Shown here piece after piece: positions 30,573-40,576 of a stretch of 64,000 nucleotides of DNA. Under the pieces are notes generated by a model. The model worked only from the letters and a program-made list of their open reading frames with translations, was not told where the DNA came from and made no database searches. A program made the translations under genes and the position numbers. Where the stretch lies: the sequence record PV544171.1; one strand, 5' to 3'. This DNA comes from Enterococcus phage AllMyExes. Positions within the stretch are counted from its first letter, which is position 1. Every line of letters starts with the position of its first letter.

Positions 30573-30936
30573 AGAGAGTAAACGCAACAAACGTATCGGG
30601 GAGTTATCGGAAGCAGACATGAGAGTGTGGGCTGAGTGGTTAGCCACAGGGCAGGTTCATGATAAAAACCACCAAAAACAGTTAGAACGCTTAAGTAAAC
30701 GTTCAGTATCATTATCTGATGTAACTACTATTGTCGAATTTATGGGCAAACGGAATGATGGTTATATTTCTTCTTTAATTGAACAGCAGGCTGTATTTGA
30801 CAATTTATTAACAAAACTAGGTGTAACGGAAGAAAACCGCTTAGAGGCTAAGGCAGAGTATGAAAAAGAGTTGAATGCTATTCAAGAAAAAATCCAAAAA
30901 GAGTTAGAGTCTATTAAAGAAAATAAAGAAAAATAA
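30565..30936 (+). CDS. hypothetical coiled-coil protein
   Basis: ORF only. Confidence 0.3.
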   Translation: MSKESKRNKRIGELSEADMRVWAEWLATGQVHDKNHQKQLERLSKRSVSLSDVTTIVEFMGKRNDGYISSLIEQQAVFDNLLTKLGVTEENRLEAKAEYEKELNAIQEKIQKELESIKENKEK

Positions 30937-30955
30937 TATGAAAGAGGTTAGCTGA

Positions 30956-31624
30956 ATGACAGACTACAGCGCAGTAGGCAAGAAAAGTCGTAACAAAGGC
31001 GGACGTTTTGAACGTCAAATGGCTAAAGAACTCACAGAGTGGTGGGGATATGAGTTTAACCGAGTACCTGCTTCTGGGGGGCTTCACTGGGCTTCTAGTA
31101 ATAACGTTGCCGGGGACATTGTAGTCCCTAGCGATGCTAACTTCCCATTTGTTATAGAATGTAAAAATCGTGAAGACTGGACGATTGAAAACTTGTTCTT
31201 AAATAACAAAGAAATTAAGAACTGGTGGGCGCAAGTTGTGGGGGATGCAAAAGAAACGAAAAATATCCCACTACTTATATTTACTAGAAACAGAGCAAAG
31301 AATTTTGTTACTATGGCATATAATGAAAAACTTGTTAATGAGATTGAAAAAAGAGGTTACCCTTTGATGGTCTCTAACATAACATATGTAGACGACTACA
31401 AGGATACTCATTGTTACAAGACATTTACTACAGTTTTAGATGCAATAACTAGCTTTAAGCCTTATGGTAGCAAAGACAAAGACTACTTTTTATTTTATTT
31501 TCCTAGTGACTATAACTGGGAAGATAGTCTAGTTTATGAAACAACCATAATGGATGATGCTAAACAAATGGATGCAGAGGATTCACTAGATGCACTAGTT
31601 AATTCTTATTTAGGAGGAGAATAG
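30956..31624 (+). CDS. Hjc-like (archaeal-type) Holliday junction resolvase / PD-(D/E)xK nuclease
   Basis: KGGRFERQ...RVPASGG...GDIVV...FVIECKNRED matches the Hjc pattern G..ER...R..SG...DI...E.K. Confidence 0.45.
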   Translation: MTDYSAVGKKSRNKGGRFERQMAKELTEWWGYEFNRVPASGGLHWASSNNVAGDIVVPSDANFPFVIECKNREDWTIENLFLNNKEIKNWWAQVVGDAKETKNIPLLIFTRNRAKNFVTMAYNEKLVNEIEKRGYPLMVSNITYVDDYKDTHCYKTFTTVLDAITSFKPYGSKDKDYFLFYFPSDYNWEDSLVYETTIMDDAKQMDAEDSLDALVNSYLGGE

Positions 31625-31625
31625 T

Positions 31626-31925
31626 ATGGCTAAAACATATCAGGAAGCTCTAGCAACAGTACAGTCGTATCTCGAATCAGATAGTGTAATGAAAGAAACC
31701 TCAAGTATATCTGTTAGTTTCTCAGCTAACTGGACAGGTGAGCGGGAAGACTACGTTATTGATACATTGACATACGACATTGATTTACGAGTATTCAGCT
31801 TAGAAACTGCACATGTTGTAGCTATAGGGAAGAAACTACCTCAAGATAGCAATGAGCATGCTGAACTCCTTAAAAGACTTAAAAAAGAATTTAAACAAGC
31901 TTCTAAAAAACTACGGGAGGACTAG
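31626..31925 (+). CDS. hypothetical protein
   Basis: ORF only. Confidence 0.3.
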   Translation: MAKTYQEALATVQSYLESDSVMKETSSISVSFSANWTGEREDYVIDTLTYDIDLRVFSLETAHVVAIGKKLPQDSNEHAELLKRLKKEFKQASKKLRED

Positions 31926-31930
31926 AGTAG

Positions 31931-32410
31931 ATGATAGACAACGTTAATAGCCCTAGTCATTATACGCAAGGAGAAATAGAGGTAATAGAGGTTATAGAAT
32001 ATATTACTGCTAAGTACCCTGCGGAAATTAGATACCATTTAGGAAATGTTATTAAGTATATTTGTCGAGCACCTTTCAAGGGAAAGCTACAAGAAGACCT
32101 TAACAAAAGTTCTTGGTACTTGAAACGAGCACAACTGGTTTTAACACAGTCACCAAGTAGCTATACAGGTAAGTGTAAGAAATTTTTAGAGAATTTCCTA
32201 TTTAAGAATAGCCATATCAGAGATGCTCAGCTAATAGAAATTCCAGAAGAACCTATTATTGAGAAATTTTTATTTCAAACAGCACAGAGTTACAATAAAG
32301 AACAGCAAAACTATATTATTTCAGCCTTAATGGAATTAAACAGTAGGTCAGGTGATGTGAAAACTGTTCTTGAAAATACAGAAAACTATTTAAAATTTAT
32401 TACAACTTAG
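31931..32410 (+). CDS. hypothetical protein
   Basis: ORF only. Confidence 0.3.
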   Translation: MIDNVNSPSHYTQGEIEVIEVIEYITAKYPAEIRYHLGNVIKYICRAPFKGKLQEDLNKSSWYLKRAQLVLTQSPSSYTGKCKKFLENFLFKNSHIRDAQLIEIPEEPIIEKFLFQTAQSYNKEQQNYIISALMELNSRSGDVKTVLENTENYLKFITT

Positions 32411-32502
32411 TACAATATAATGCTCTTTCTACGAAAAGCTATCTTTTATATTTATGGTATAATAGAGATAGGGAAATTAAAAAGTAGAAGGAGCATTTTA
32501 TA

Positions 32503-33297
32503 ATGACAAAAGCACCCAGAGTGAAAAGACTTAATATTTATAACACTGACCGGTACTTTAATATTAATTTAATGAAAAAAGAAGATATAGCAAAAAAAAT
32601 TAAAGTTAACCGATTGAATGAAGAAGAGATAGAGAGGGAGATGGATGAACTAGCAAACAACCCATTGAAGACCCCTATAGGTTACATGGATAGAACAAAT
32701 GAAAAATCTTATATACTTTATCAAGAAAAGTATACGAACGACAGACTTATTCAGAAATTATTTAAACATGCGGGCTCTGTGTCCTATTACACAGATACAA
32801 TCGTACCATACTACATAATTGAGCAAATATCTAAGAATTTAACAAGTGAAGTAATCTATCCTACAAAAAATAGCTATGAGAACAGAGAGATTGAAAATGT
32901 TCAACTAGCTTTCACTGCCTGCCCTGTAACGATTGATTGCCCAGTAGTGCTACCTGATGTTAGCCCGTATGATGTGTTATTTGCACTACACCCTCTAAAA
33001 ACAAATGTAGACAAGATTCAAATATCGTTTCCTTGTCTTACAGAAGAAGAGTTCGATACTAGACATGAAGAATACTACCACAAAGTAGGTAACCACTATG
33101 AGGTTAAATCAGAGTACAAATATAAATTCTTTAAGTATGTACAAACTTCCTTATCTATTTGGGCTATGAACATTTGGTTAGTGTGCGATAGTGATGAGGA
33201 CTACAATAAAATAGACAGATATATTCAGAAAGAAAAAATTAAACGTAATGCTAACAGAGAGCGTGCATTAAAGAGAAAGGGTAATCAGGATGAGTAA
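32503..33297 (+). CDS. hypothetical protein
   Basis: ORF with RBS GAAGGAG. Confidence 0.3.
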   Translation: MTKAPRVKRLNIYNTDRYFNINLMKKEDIAKKIKVNRLNEEEIEREMDELANNPLKTPIGYMDRTNEKSYILYQEKYTNDRLIQKLFKHAGSVSYYTDTIVPYYIIEQISKNLTSEVIYPTKNSYENREIENVQLAFTACPVTIDCPVVLPDVSPYDVLFALHPLKTNVDKIQISFPCLTEEEFDTRHEEYYHKVGNHYEVKSEYKYKFFKYVQTSLSIWAMNIWLVCDSDEDYNKIDRYIQKEKIKRNANRERALKRKGNQDE

Positions 33298-33601
33298 AGA
33301 TAAAACGATTAACCGAACAGACATAGCTCGAACAATCTCTCACCATACTGGTTATCGAATGAAAGATATATTGAAGATTTTAGAAGTAGAAGATGAAGTA
33401 GTAGCTCAAGCAGTATCACAAGGTATCTCTGTAAAGAATCACAAATTATGGAAACTAAACATTAAAAAAAAGCCAGAGAAGGTAGCATGGGATGGTATAA
33501 ACTCTAAAAGTTTTATACAACCTGAGAAATATGTAGTTAAATTTGTACCATTATCTAAGTTGAAAGAGTCAATAGACACTTATAATAAAGAGAGCAAATA
33601 A
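33290..33601 (+). CDS. HU/IHF-like DNA-binding protein (compare SPO1 TF1), tentative
   Basis: 103 aa. N-terminal helices and GISVKN-KLWKL...KV..V.F resemble the HU pattern (GDKV.L.GFG.F...). The arm region is divergent. Confidence 0.3.
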   Translation: MSKDKTINRTDIARTISHHTGYRMKDILKILEVEDEVVAQAVSQGISVKNHKLWKLNIKKKPEKVAWDGINSKSFIQPEKYVVKFVPLSKLKESIDTYNKESK

Positions 33602-33614
33602 AGCTCTCTTTTTT
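33587..33614 (+). terminator. rho-independent terminator (AAGAGAGC/GCTCTCTT plus T5)
   Basis: Read directly. Confidence 0.6.
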
Positions 33615-33625
33615 GCTCTTTCTAT

Positions 33626-33654
33626 ATTGACAAATAACATAATACAAAGTATAC
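33626..33654 (+). promoter_or_regulatory. sigma-A-type promoter TTGACA-N17-TATACT upstream of polA
   Basis: Read directly. Follows a terminator. Confidence 0.55.
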
Positions 33655-33690
33655 TAGTGTCATAGAGCAACAGAGAGGAGAAAAGTGTAA

Positions 33691-36066
33691 TTGAAAATTC
33701 TATTCTTACAAGAGTATATTAGAGAAAATCATGTCCATAATGGAAAGAACGGACAAACAGTTGATTTTAAAAGAACAGAAATGGGTAAAAAACTCACGGG
33801 TCTGTTAAATACAATAGGGCTGACAGGTAGGGACTATGCTGTAGACTATGTGTACGACATGATTCCGGAAGTACAGAAAGTTAACCCTAGAACAGGTAAA
33901 CCAATTAAGTATAAGACACCTACGTTAAGACAGCGTAAAGAACCAGAGGAACGGTTACTCAGACGTTTAATGAAATACAAACCAGATATTATCATCCCAA
34001 TGGGGGAGATGGGTTGTAAAAATTTATTAGGAAGTACTTCTATCACAAAGAATAGAGGAGTACCAACTAAGAAAACAATTACGAATGAGAACATACTGAG
34101 AACGGCTGATGAGCAAGGACTTGAGGTAGACGAAGTAGTAGACTCTTTTGAAACTTGGGTACTACCTATGTTTAGTATGGAATACTGGACAGCTAACCCA
34201 AACATTGAGAACTTTATCATGGCGGATATTGATACATTGGGTAAGTTTGTTCAAGAAGGGGAACAAGCATTTATACCTAAAAAAGTAGATTACGAATTTG
34301 TTGATAACATTGAACGTGTAAGACAAATTTTCGGTTTTTTAGACAAAACGAAGCCAGTAACTGCATGGGACTTGGAGACAAATAGTTTACGTGGTGACTT
34401 ATTAGGAGCTAAGCCTCTTGTAATGTCTATGAGTTGGCTAGAGGGGCAAGGTGTGACTATACCGTTAGAACACCATGAAGCTAAATGGAGCCCAGAAGAA
34501 CTTAACGAAATATATGACTTATTTGAGAAGTTTTTAGCGGACAGACAGCAACCAAAAGTAGGACAAAATATCCAGTTCGATATTAGATTCTTAATGAACA
34601 CAAAAGGATTTACAGAGTTTGAAGACAACAGAGATACAAAAATTGCTTACTATCTAATTGTTTCTCAGAAAGTAGACACTTCAAAACGACTATCCGATAT
34701 TGCATATGAATTAACAGATATGGGAGGCTATGACGAACCGTTAGAGCAGTATAAAAAACAGTATAAAGAGGACTATATTGCTCGTAAGAAAGCAGAGATT
34801 GATGCTTTCAAAGAAGCTGAAAAAGAACGAGTAGAGGGTGAGTTCAAGATAGCAATGGATAGATATAAGCAAGAAGTTAAAGAAGCTAAGCTTATTGGTA
34901 AACCTACTAAGTCCATTATTAAACCAGTAAAAGAAAAAGTTGTAGTACCTAAGAAATCGGATATTAAACTTATTAATGAGATTGACGGTGGTAACTTTAA
35001 CTACGACTGGATTCCATTAGAAATTATGCACCCATATGCTAGTGGAGATGTCGATTGCTGTCTACGTATCTATAATGTTCTATATAAACGAATTGAGGAA
35101 CATCCTAAGATGTTGGGATTATGGTTGGGCTTTTATCCTAGACTAACAGCAACATTAGCACACATCGAGGCTTCTGGTGTTCTATTAGACTCTGAATACG
35201 CAGAATTAGTAGAGAACATCTATACAGAAGAAGAACATCGGTTGCTTAATGAAATTAGAAAGTTACCAGAAGTAAAAGAAGTAGAAGATGAACATATGAT
35301 GTTCTACAAAGAGGGGCTTAAAGAAATGACAAAGCCTGTCAAAGATAGAGATGCCTCTGTTGCCAGACTACGAGATAAATATAAAATTACTGATAGTGAG
35401 AACAAAGTACATTTTAAACCAAGTTCGTCTGAACATAAGGGTAGACTGCTATTTAAAGTAATGGGACTTACACTACCTTATGATAAAGAATCTATTAAAA
35501 AAGAAACTTTTGACAATGGGGTACCAGAACATCAGCTAACATGGAGAGATTATAAAACAGATAAACATGCACTAGCTTATATTGCAGAAAATTATCCAGA
35601 GGCTAAACATGTTGCTGAACTTTTGCTAGAGTATTCTAAAGTAAACACACTAAAAAATAACTTTGCTCAAAAGTTACCTAAATTAGCATCTAACAAAGAT
35701 GGCATGATTCATGGTTCATATAACAGTACAGGTACAGAATCTACACGATTGAGTGCAAACAACCCGAATATGCAACAATTAAGTAGTAAGGTTGGAGACC
35801 CTAGACGTTTTGACTATAAATATCCAATTAAACGTTTATTTAGAACAAGATTTGAGGGAGGCGGAATGCTACAACTAGACTACTCCGCCCTAGAAATGCG
35901 TATTTTAGGTTTGATTGCAAAAGATAAAGCAATGACACAAGCATTTATTAATGGTGAAGATATGCATGAGGCAACTGCATCTCTTGTATGGAAGTTACCT
36001 AAAGATAATGTACCAAAAGATATGCGACAACGTGCGAAGAGTGTCAACTTCGGCATCGCTTACGGT
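33691..36066 (+). CDS. family-A DNA polymerase, exon 1 (3'-5' exo plus polymerase through motif B)
   Basis: Motif A LQLDYSALEMRIL, motif B RQRAKSVNFGIAYG. The 5' splice site is placed after the U at 36066 (tacggU), which pairs with the intron segment GCCGU at 36077-36081 to form P1. Confidence 0.7.
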
Positions 36067-36505
36067 AAACACAATTGCCGTCTTGTAGCGTAAGCTACTC
36101 GATTAAACTTACCTAAACGGGCATAGCTGAATAATCAATAAGCTGATAAGAGAACCTAAGTCCTGAAAAGGATAGAGGCAATCCCGTGCTAAGTTGCTAT
36201 AGTAAAAGAAGAGTGTAGGTAGCTAGAATACTTACAGGGTAGTGACGTATGTGGTGTACTGGTAAGCACTGCATATCTGAACCTTTATAGGGTTATGTGT
36301 GAACTCCTCAAACCAGTAAAGAAAACACACTATAGCATAAATGCCGAACGACTATCGAAAAGTGAGTAGCTGTCGAGAGGACACCTACAATATAACTGAG
36401 TAGAGTACACCAACAGGTGGAAATGGTAAGGCTCCTAGAGTAACGACTAGGAGCGTGATATAGTCTAAGCCCCTAATAAATATCGGGAAACCGAGGGTAT
36501 AACTG
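36067..36505. other. group I self-splicing intron (IA2/T4-td-like core), 439 nt, no ORF
   Basis: It interrupts polA between motifs B and C. P1 is ACGGU with GCCGU. It ends in G (36505). Core-like stretches ACCTAAACGGG, CAATCCCGTGCTAAGTTG and AAATGCCGAACGACTATC resemble, as I recall them, conserved td-intron elements. No ORF of 60 aa or more lies inside. Confidence 0.65.
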
Positions 36506-37201
36506 GAAAGTCCTTTTTCAATTGCACCTAAGTTAGGTGTAACTGTAGAAGAAGCAGAGCGTATTTTTGAAGAGTACTTTGCAAGTAAGCCAAGTATTAA
36601 ACAATTTATTGAAGAGACACATCAATTTGCTCAACGTTATGGCTACGTAGAAACACTACAAGGACATCGTAGACTATTGCGTGACTCATTCTCTAAAGAT
36701 AAGAAAGTATTTAATGGCGCAATGCGTAAATCAGTAAATACAATCATTCAAGGAACTGGTGCCTACTTAACTAACCTATCAATGGTATACATTGACGAGT
36801 ATATCAGAAAACACAATAAGCGTTCACGTATTGTTATCACTGTACATGACTCACTTGTTATTGATTGCCCACGTGATGAAGTGGACGAGATGGCAAAAGT
36901 GGCTAAATATATTATGGAGAACTTGCCAATTGATTTCTTAATGATTGAGTGGGAAGGTAAAGAGATGCGTTACCCTATTGTGGCAGATGTAGAGATTGGG
37001 GAGAATTACAATGATATGGTTGATTATGATGCAGAAATTATCAACGAGTTTGCTTCTTACCGAGGATACGTAAAATACTTCAAAGACCAAGCTAAGATTA
37101 AAGATTACTATGATAACAAACTTATCTCAGAAGAGCAAAAAGACCAAGGTATCAAAGTTATCCAAGATGCAATAGAGTCATATAAACAAATGACAATTTA
37201 A
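36506..37201 (+). CDS. family-A DNA polymerase, exon 2 (motif C, C-terminus)
   Basis: After splicing the junction reads YG|ESPFSIAPKLGVTVEEA, the same 17-aa spacing to EEA as E. coli and Taq (YGMSAF..). Motif C VHDSLVIDCPRDE. An in-frame stop at 36500-36502 rules out any splice site further upstream. Confidence 0.65.
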   Translation, partial: ESPFSIAPKLGVTVEEAERIFEEYFASKPSIKQFIEETHQFAQRYGYVETLQGHRRLLRDSFSKDKKVFNGAMRKSVNTIIQGTGAYLTNLSMVYIDEYIRKHNKRSRIVITVHDSLVIDCPRDEVDEMAKVAKYIMENLPIDFLMIEWEGKEMRYPIVADVEIGENYNDMVDYDAEIINEFASYRGYVKYFKDQAKIKDYYDNKLISEEQKDQGIKVIQDAIESYKQMTI

Positions 37202-37222
37202 TAAAAAAATGTTAAAAATAGC

Positions 37223-37254
37223 TTGACTATTGACGTATAGTATGTTATTATAAT
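37223..37254 (+). promoter_or_regulatory. possible promoter (TTGACT / TATAAT, non-optimal spacing)
   Basis: The TTGACTATTGACG and TATAAT hexamers are present, but the spacer is 20 nt or 13 nt. Confidence 0.3.
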
Positions 37255-37303
37255 ATGGCAGACAAGTTTTCTGTATTAATACAAGAAGGGGGAGTTAGAG
37301 AGT

Positions 37304-37846
37304 GTGCTTAATTTACGAGTAGATGATTTAGAGTTCAAAACAATTAAAATTATTGATGATAACGGAGAAGTTGTGACACATGATTTACAAACAGAGTTAC
37401 AAGTCAATGAATTTAATGTGAGAACAGCATTTTTAGAGCAACCTGCTAAGTATACTTATTGGACTTCGATACTAGAGCGCTTGCGCATGTATCAAGAAAA
37501 CTATGAGTTAAAAGCAGAGAAGAAGAAAGCAGAACTATATGAGCCTTCTCGGGTTGCCTTAATCAATCAAGGAGTAGCTAAACCTACAAAAGACCAGATT
37601 GAGGCACAGATTATGTTAGATGAAGACTATTACAAACTTAGACAGAGTATAGTTAACCTATCATTTAACGTGAGACAACTGCAATATATAGTTAAAGCTT
37701 TTGAACAAAGAAAAGATATGCTTATTCAGTATGGAGCAGACCTTCGTAGGGAATATGAGTATAGCCAAAAGGTTAGTATGCCAGACCCAATGAAAAATAA
37801 GGTAAATAATGGTTTCTCAGACTTTCAATGGAATTTAGAACAGTAA
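37304..37846 (+). CDS. hypothetical protein
   Basis: ORF only. Confidence 0.3.
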   Translation: MLNLRVDDLEFKTIKIIDDNGEVVTHDLQTELQVNEFNVRTAFLEQPAKYTYWTSILERLRMYQENYELKAEKKKAELYEPSRVALINQGVAKPTKDQIEAQIMLDEDYYKLRQSIVNLSFNVRQLQYIVKAFEQRKDMLIQYGADLRREYEYSQKVSMPDPMKNKVNNGFSDFQWNLEQ

Positions 37847-37901
37847 AATTAGTGATAAAAAAAATAATATAATATAAAAAAATAGAAATGGAGAAATTTA
37901 A

Positions 37902-39191
37902 ATGAATTTTCAAGAACAATTACAACAACAATTAAAACAACAAAATATTGGAGAACGTGAAGCGGTAGACTACCCATCAAATCATTTAAAACATAAAGAA
38001 TTATACTTCCCTAAAGCAGAAAATGGTCAACCATCAACTCTATATGTACGTGTGTTACCTCCTGCAGTACCGGGAGAAAACTATAATGTTAGCGCTCGTG
38101 AGGCATTCTTAACAACTCGTAATCGTAATGGTAAAGATTTAAAGAGCAACTTTATCTTTTCAGAACACCCTAATGCAGAAGACATCTTAGAACAAGCTAT
38201 GATTCGTTGGAACGCAGAAAATCGTGTACCAAACCCTTATAGCCGTAATACAAAACCTCGTCAACGTTACTACGTTAACGTAGTGCAGTTAATTATTAAC
38301 CAACAAACAGGAGAAGTTAGCTACGAAACAGATTCTAATGGTCAGCTAATGGTTCGTTTACTTAAGTTACCACAAACAGCTTGCATGGCTATTAATGAGA
38401 GCTTAAGTAACCCAATGTTACGTCCACAGTTTTCACCTGATGTACCAGAAGAAGTAGCACAATACAGCTTCATCTCTTCTGCAGATGCGTTCCCTATTTC
38501 AATTACAAAACCACCACGTAGTAACAAACCTACTTCGTACAATGTACAAGTGATTAGTAATCGTAGCTTAGGTGCATTACCACAAGGTTGGGAAAACTTA
38601 TTAGAAGACTTGAAATACCAAGCTACACCTTCTGTAGAGTATAATCGTGAGTTTATTGAGTACTTTATTGATGTAGTAGACGGGAAAGAACCTGTGCATC
38701 AAGGAGCTCAAAGTCAAGGAACCCAAGCTCCACAATTTAATCAGCAACCAGTACAGCCTCAATTTAATCAACAGCCTGTACAACCACAATTTAACCAACA
38801 ACCTGTACAACCAATGCAACAAAATACTGGTTGGTCGCCACAGCAAAGCCAACCACAACAACCTGCTACAGGTTTTAACGCAACGAACATGGGGACACCT
38901 CCAAACATTAATGGAGGGTTTAACCAACAACCTGTACAACAACCTGTACAACAGCAACAACCGATGGGTTCTTTCAATGAACAACCAGTGACAGACCCTT
39001 CCACCATTTCTGATGCGGATATGCCTTTCAATATGCAGTCCATGCCTGATGTATCACCACAACAAAATGCTGTACCTGAGCAACCTGTGACTAATACACC
39101 AGAGCCAGTCAGCCAACCAGTTGTTAACCAACAGCCAAATAACACACCTAGTGTAGACGACCTATTAGCAGGTATGGTAGGCAACGTTTAA
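37902..39191 (+). CDS. hypothetical protein with Q/P-rich repeat linker (QFNQQPVQP x3) and C-terminal acidic/hydrophobic tip; SSB-like architecture, unproven
   Basis: Folded N-terminal region of about 290 aa, then a low-complexity Q/P/G region, ending DDLLAGMVGNV. Position after polA and before RecA. Confidence 0.35.
   Translation: MNFQEQLQQQLKQQNIGEREAVDYPSNHLKHKELYFPKAENGQPSTLYVRVLPPAVPGENYNVSAREAFLTTRNRNGKDLKSNFIFSEHPNAEDILEQAMIRWNAENRVPNPYSRNTKPRQRYYVNVVQLIINQQTGEVSYETDSNGQLMVRLLKLPQTACMAINESLSNPMLRPQFSPDVPEEVAQYSFISSADAFPISITKPPRSNKPTSYNVQVISNRSLGALPQGWENLLEDLKYQATPSVEYNREFIEYFIDVVDGKEPVHQGAQSQGTQAPQFNQQPVQPQFNQQPVQPQFNQQPVQPMQQNTGWSPQQSQPQQPATGFNATNMGTPPNINGGFNQQPVQQPVQQQQPMGSFNEQPVTDPSTISDADMPFNMQSMPDVSPQQNAVPEQPVTNTPEPVSQPVVNQQPNNTPSVDDLLAGMVGNV
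38733..38813 (+). repeat. 3 x 27-nt in-frame tandem repeat encoding QFNQQPVQP; codons differ between copies
   Basis: cag caa cca gta cag cct / caa cag cct gta caa cca / caa caa cct gta caa cca. Confidence 0.6.
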
Positions 39192-39209
39192 CAATAATGA
39201 AACAGTTAG

Positions 39210-39232
39210 GAGGGGCATACTGCCCCTTTTAA
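39210..39232 (+). terminator. rho-independent terminator (AGGGGCA/TGCCCCT plus T4)
   Basis: Read directly. Confidence 0.5.
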
Positions 39233-39275
39233 TTCTGTGTTAACTATCCAAAATATTTAGTAGGAGTGAATAATA

Positions 39276-40523
39276 TTGGCAAGAAAAAGAAAAAGTGAAG
39301 AAATAGATTTTGGAACTATCGATTTGACAAAAGAGGTAGGGCTAACTACATTTACGGACACAAAGTTCTCTAATGTATCAGACAGACTACCAACAATGAT
39401 TCCACAACTTGATTACATTTTAGGTGGAGGATTGCCATTTGGACGTATGGTCGAGGTCTTTGGTAAGAACTCTAGTGGTAAGTCCACTTTAGCAGTTCAT
39501 CTGACAAAGGTAGCACAGATGCTAGATGTACCAACTGTATGGATTGACGTTGAGGGTACCGCAGACCCAGAACGCTTAGCAGAATTAGGAGTAGACTTTA
39601 GTGCAGGCGGGGTATTCATGGTAGAACCTAAACAGAACAAAGACGGTAGTAAGGATACAATCACGGTAGAACGTGTAGCAGAAGAGTTACAACGACTTCT
39701 ACCAGTATTCAGTAAGCTTGGAAAACCTGTATTAATTATTTGGGACTCGGTAGCGCAAACAGCTTCTGAGAAAGAGTTAGAAAAAGGTGTAGGTAACCAA
39801 CAGCCCGGAATTAAGGCAAAAGCAATGGCACAGTTTGCTCAAATCATTGCACCTTTAATGACAAACTCAAAAGCATTATTTATTGCTATTAACCAAGCAC
39901 GTGATGAGCTAGGTAGTATGTTTGGTGGAGTAGATTCCCCCGGAGGACACGCCTTACATCACTGGGCTAGCTTACGATTAGAAGTAGTTAAAGCAAGTCA
40001 GATTAAGAATAAAGAGCTGAATGCATTCGGTGCGGAGGAAGAGACTTATGTAGGGCATATTCTACGTGTTAAAACGGCAAAATCAAAAGTGTCTCGTCCT
40101 AATCAAAAAGCGGAAATGTATTTAATGTCAGATACAGGTCTGAACTTAGAGGAAAACATTTATCGTTCATGTTTTGCAACTAATAAGCAGTATGCTTTGA
40201 TTAGTGGAGGCACATGGAAGTCTTATACAACGGATGCAGGACAAGAGATTAAATTCAATTCAGACAAAGCTTGGGTGGCTTATTTACGTTCAGAAGAGGG
40301 AAGACCTGTTCGAGACGAACTATTTGCTAAAATGATGGTACGCTCATTCCCACATCGTTATGCCCCATTTAATAATGAGGACGTGGACGTATGCAAAATT
40401 CCATTATATGAATTTACTAAAGAATATATGGAAAATCATAAGGAACAACCTAACCAAGCTACTAAAGAAGAAGTCCCCGAAACAGGAACAGATGTTTCAG
40501 ATTTACTTAAACAGGTAGACTAA
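39276..40523 (+). CDS. RecA/UvsX-like recombinase
   Basis: IPQLDYILGGGLPFGRMVEVFGKNSSGKSTLAV (Walker A), LIIWDSVAQ (Walker B), FIAINQARD (RecA has FINQIR). Confidence 0.65.
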   Translation: MARKRKSEEIDFGTIDLTKEVGLTTFTDTKFSNVSDRLPTMIPQLDYILGGGLPFGRMVEVFGKNSSGKSTLAVHLTKVAQMLDVPTVWIDVEGTADPERLAELGVDFSAGGVFMVEPKQNKDGSKDTITVERVAEELQRLLPVFSKLGKPVLIIWDSVAQTASEKELEKGVGNQQPGIKAKAMAQFAQIIAPLMTNSKALFIAINQARDELGSMFGGVDSPGGHALHHWASLRLEVVKASQIKNKELNAFGAEEETYVGHILRVKTAKSKVSRPNQKAEMYLMSDTGLNLEENIYRSCFATNKQYALISGGTWKSYTTDAGQEIKFNSDKAWVAYLRSEEGRPVRDELFAKMMVRSFPHRYAPFNNEDVDVCKIPLYEFTKEYMENHKEQPNQATKEEVPETGTDVSDLLKQVD

Positions 40524-40528
40524 CAGAT

Positions 40529-40553
40529 AAGGGGGCAATTAGCCCCTTTATTA
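40529..40553 (+). terminator. terminator-like hairpin (AAGGGGGC/GCCCCTT)
   Basis: Weak T-tract. Confidence 0.35.
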
Positions 40554-40576
40554 GCTATAAAGGAGAGGAACTTATT

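Noticed and set aside
36094-36676. Protein-coding gene (for example a homing endonuclease) inside the polA gap
   Set aside because: No ORF of 60 aa or more lies on either strand. The interval is explained by a group I intron with P1 pairing and a 3'-terminal G.
37223-37254. Strong promoter upstream of gene 37304
   Set aside because: The TTGACT and TATAAT hexamers are present, but the spacing is 20 nt or 13 nt. It is kept only as a low-confidence feature.
38700-38960. Possible CRISPR-like or tandem-repeat array
   Set aside because: The repeats are in-frame 27-nt units that encode identical peptides with diverged codons inside a long ORF. There are no spacer-like unique units and no leader, so this is a coding repeat and not an array.
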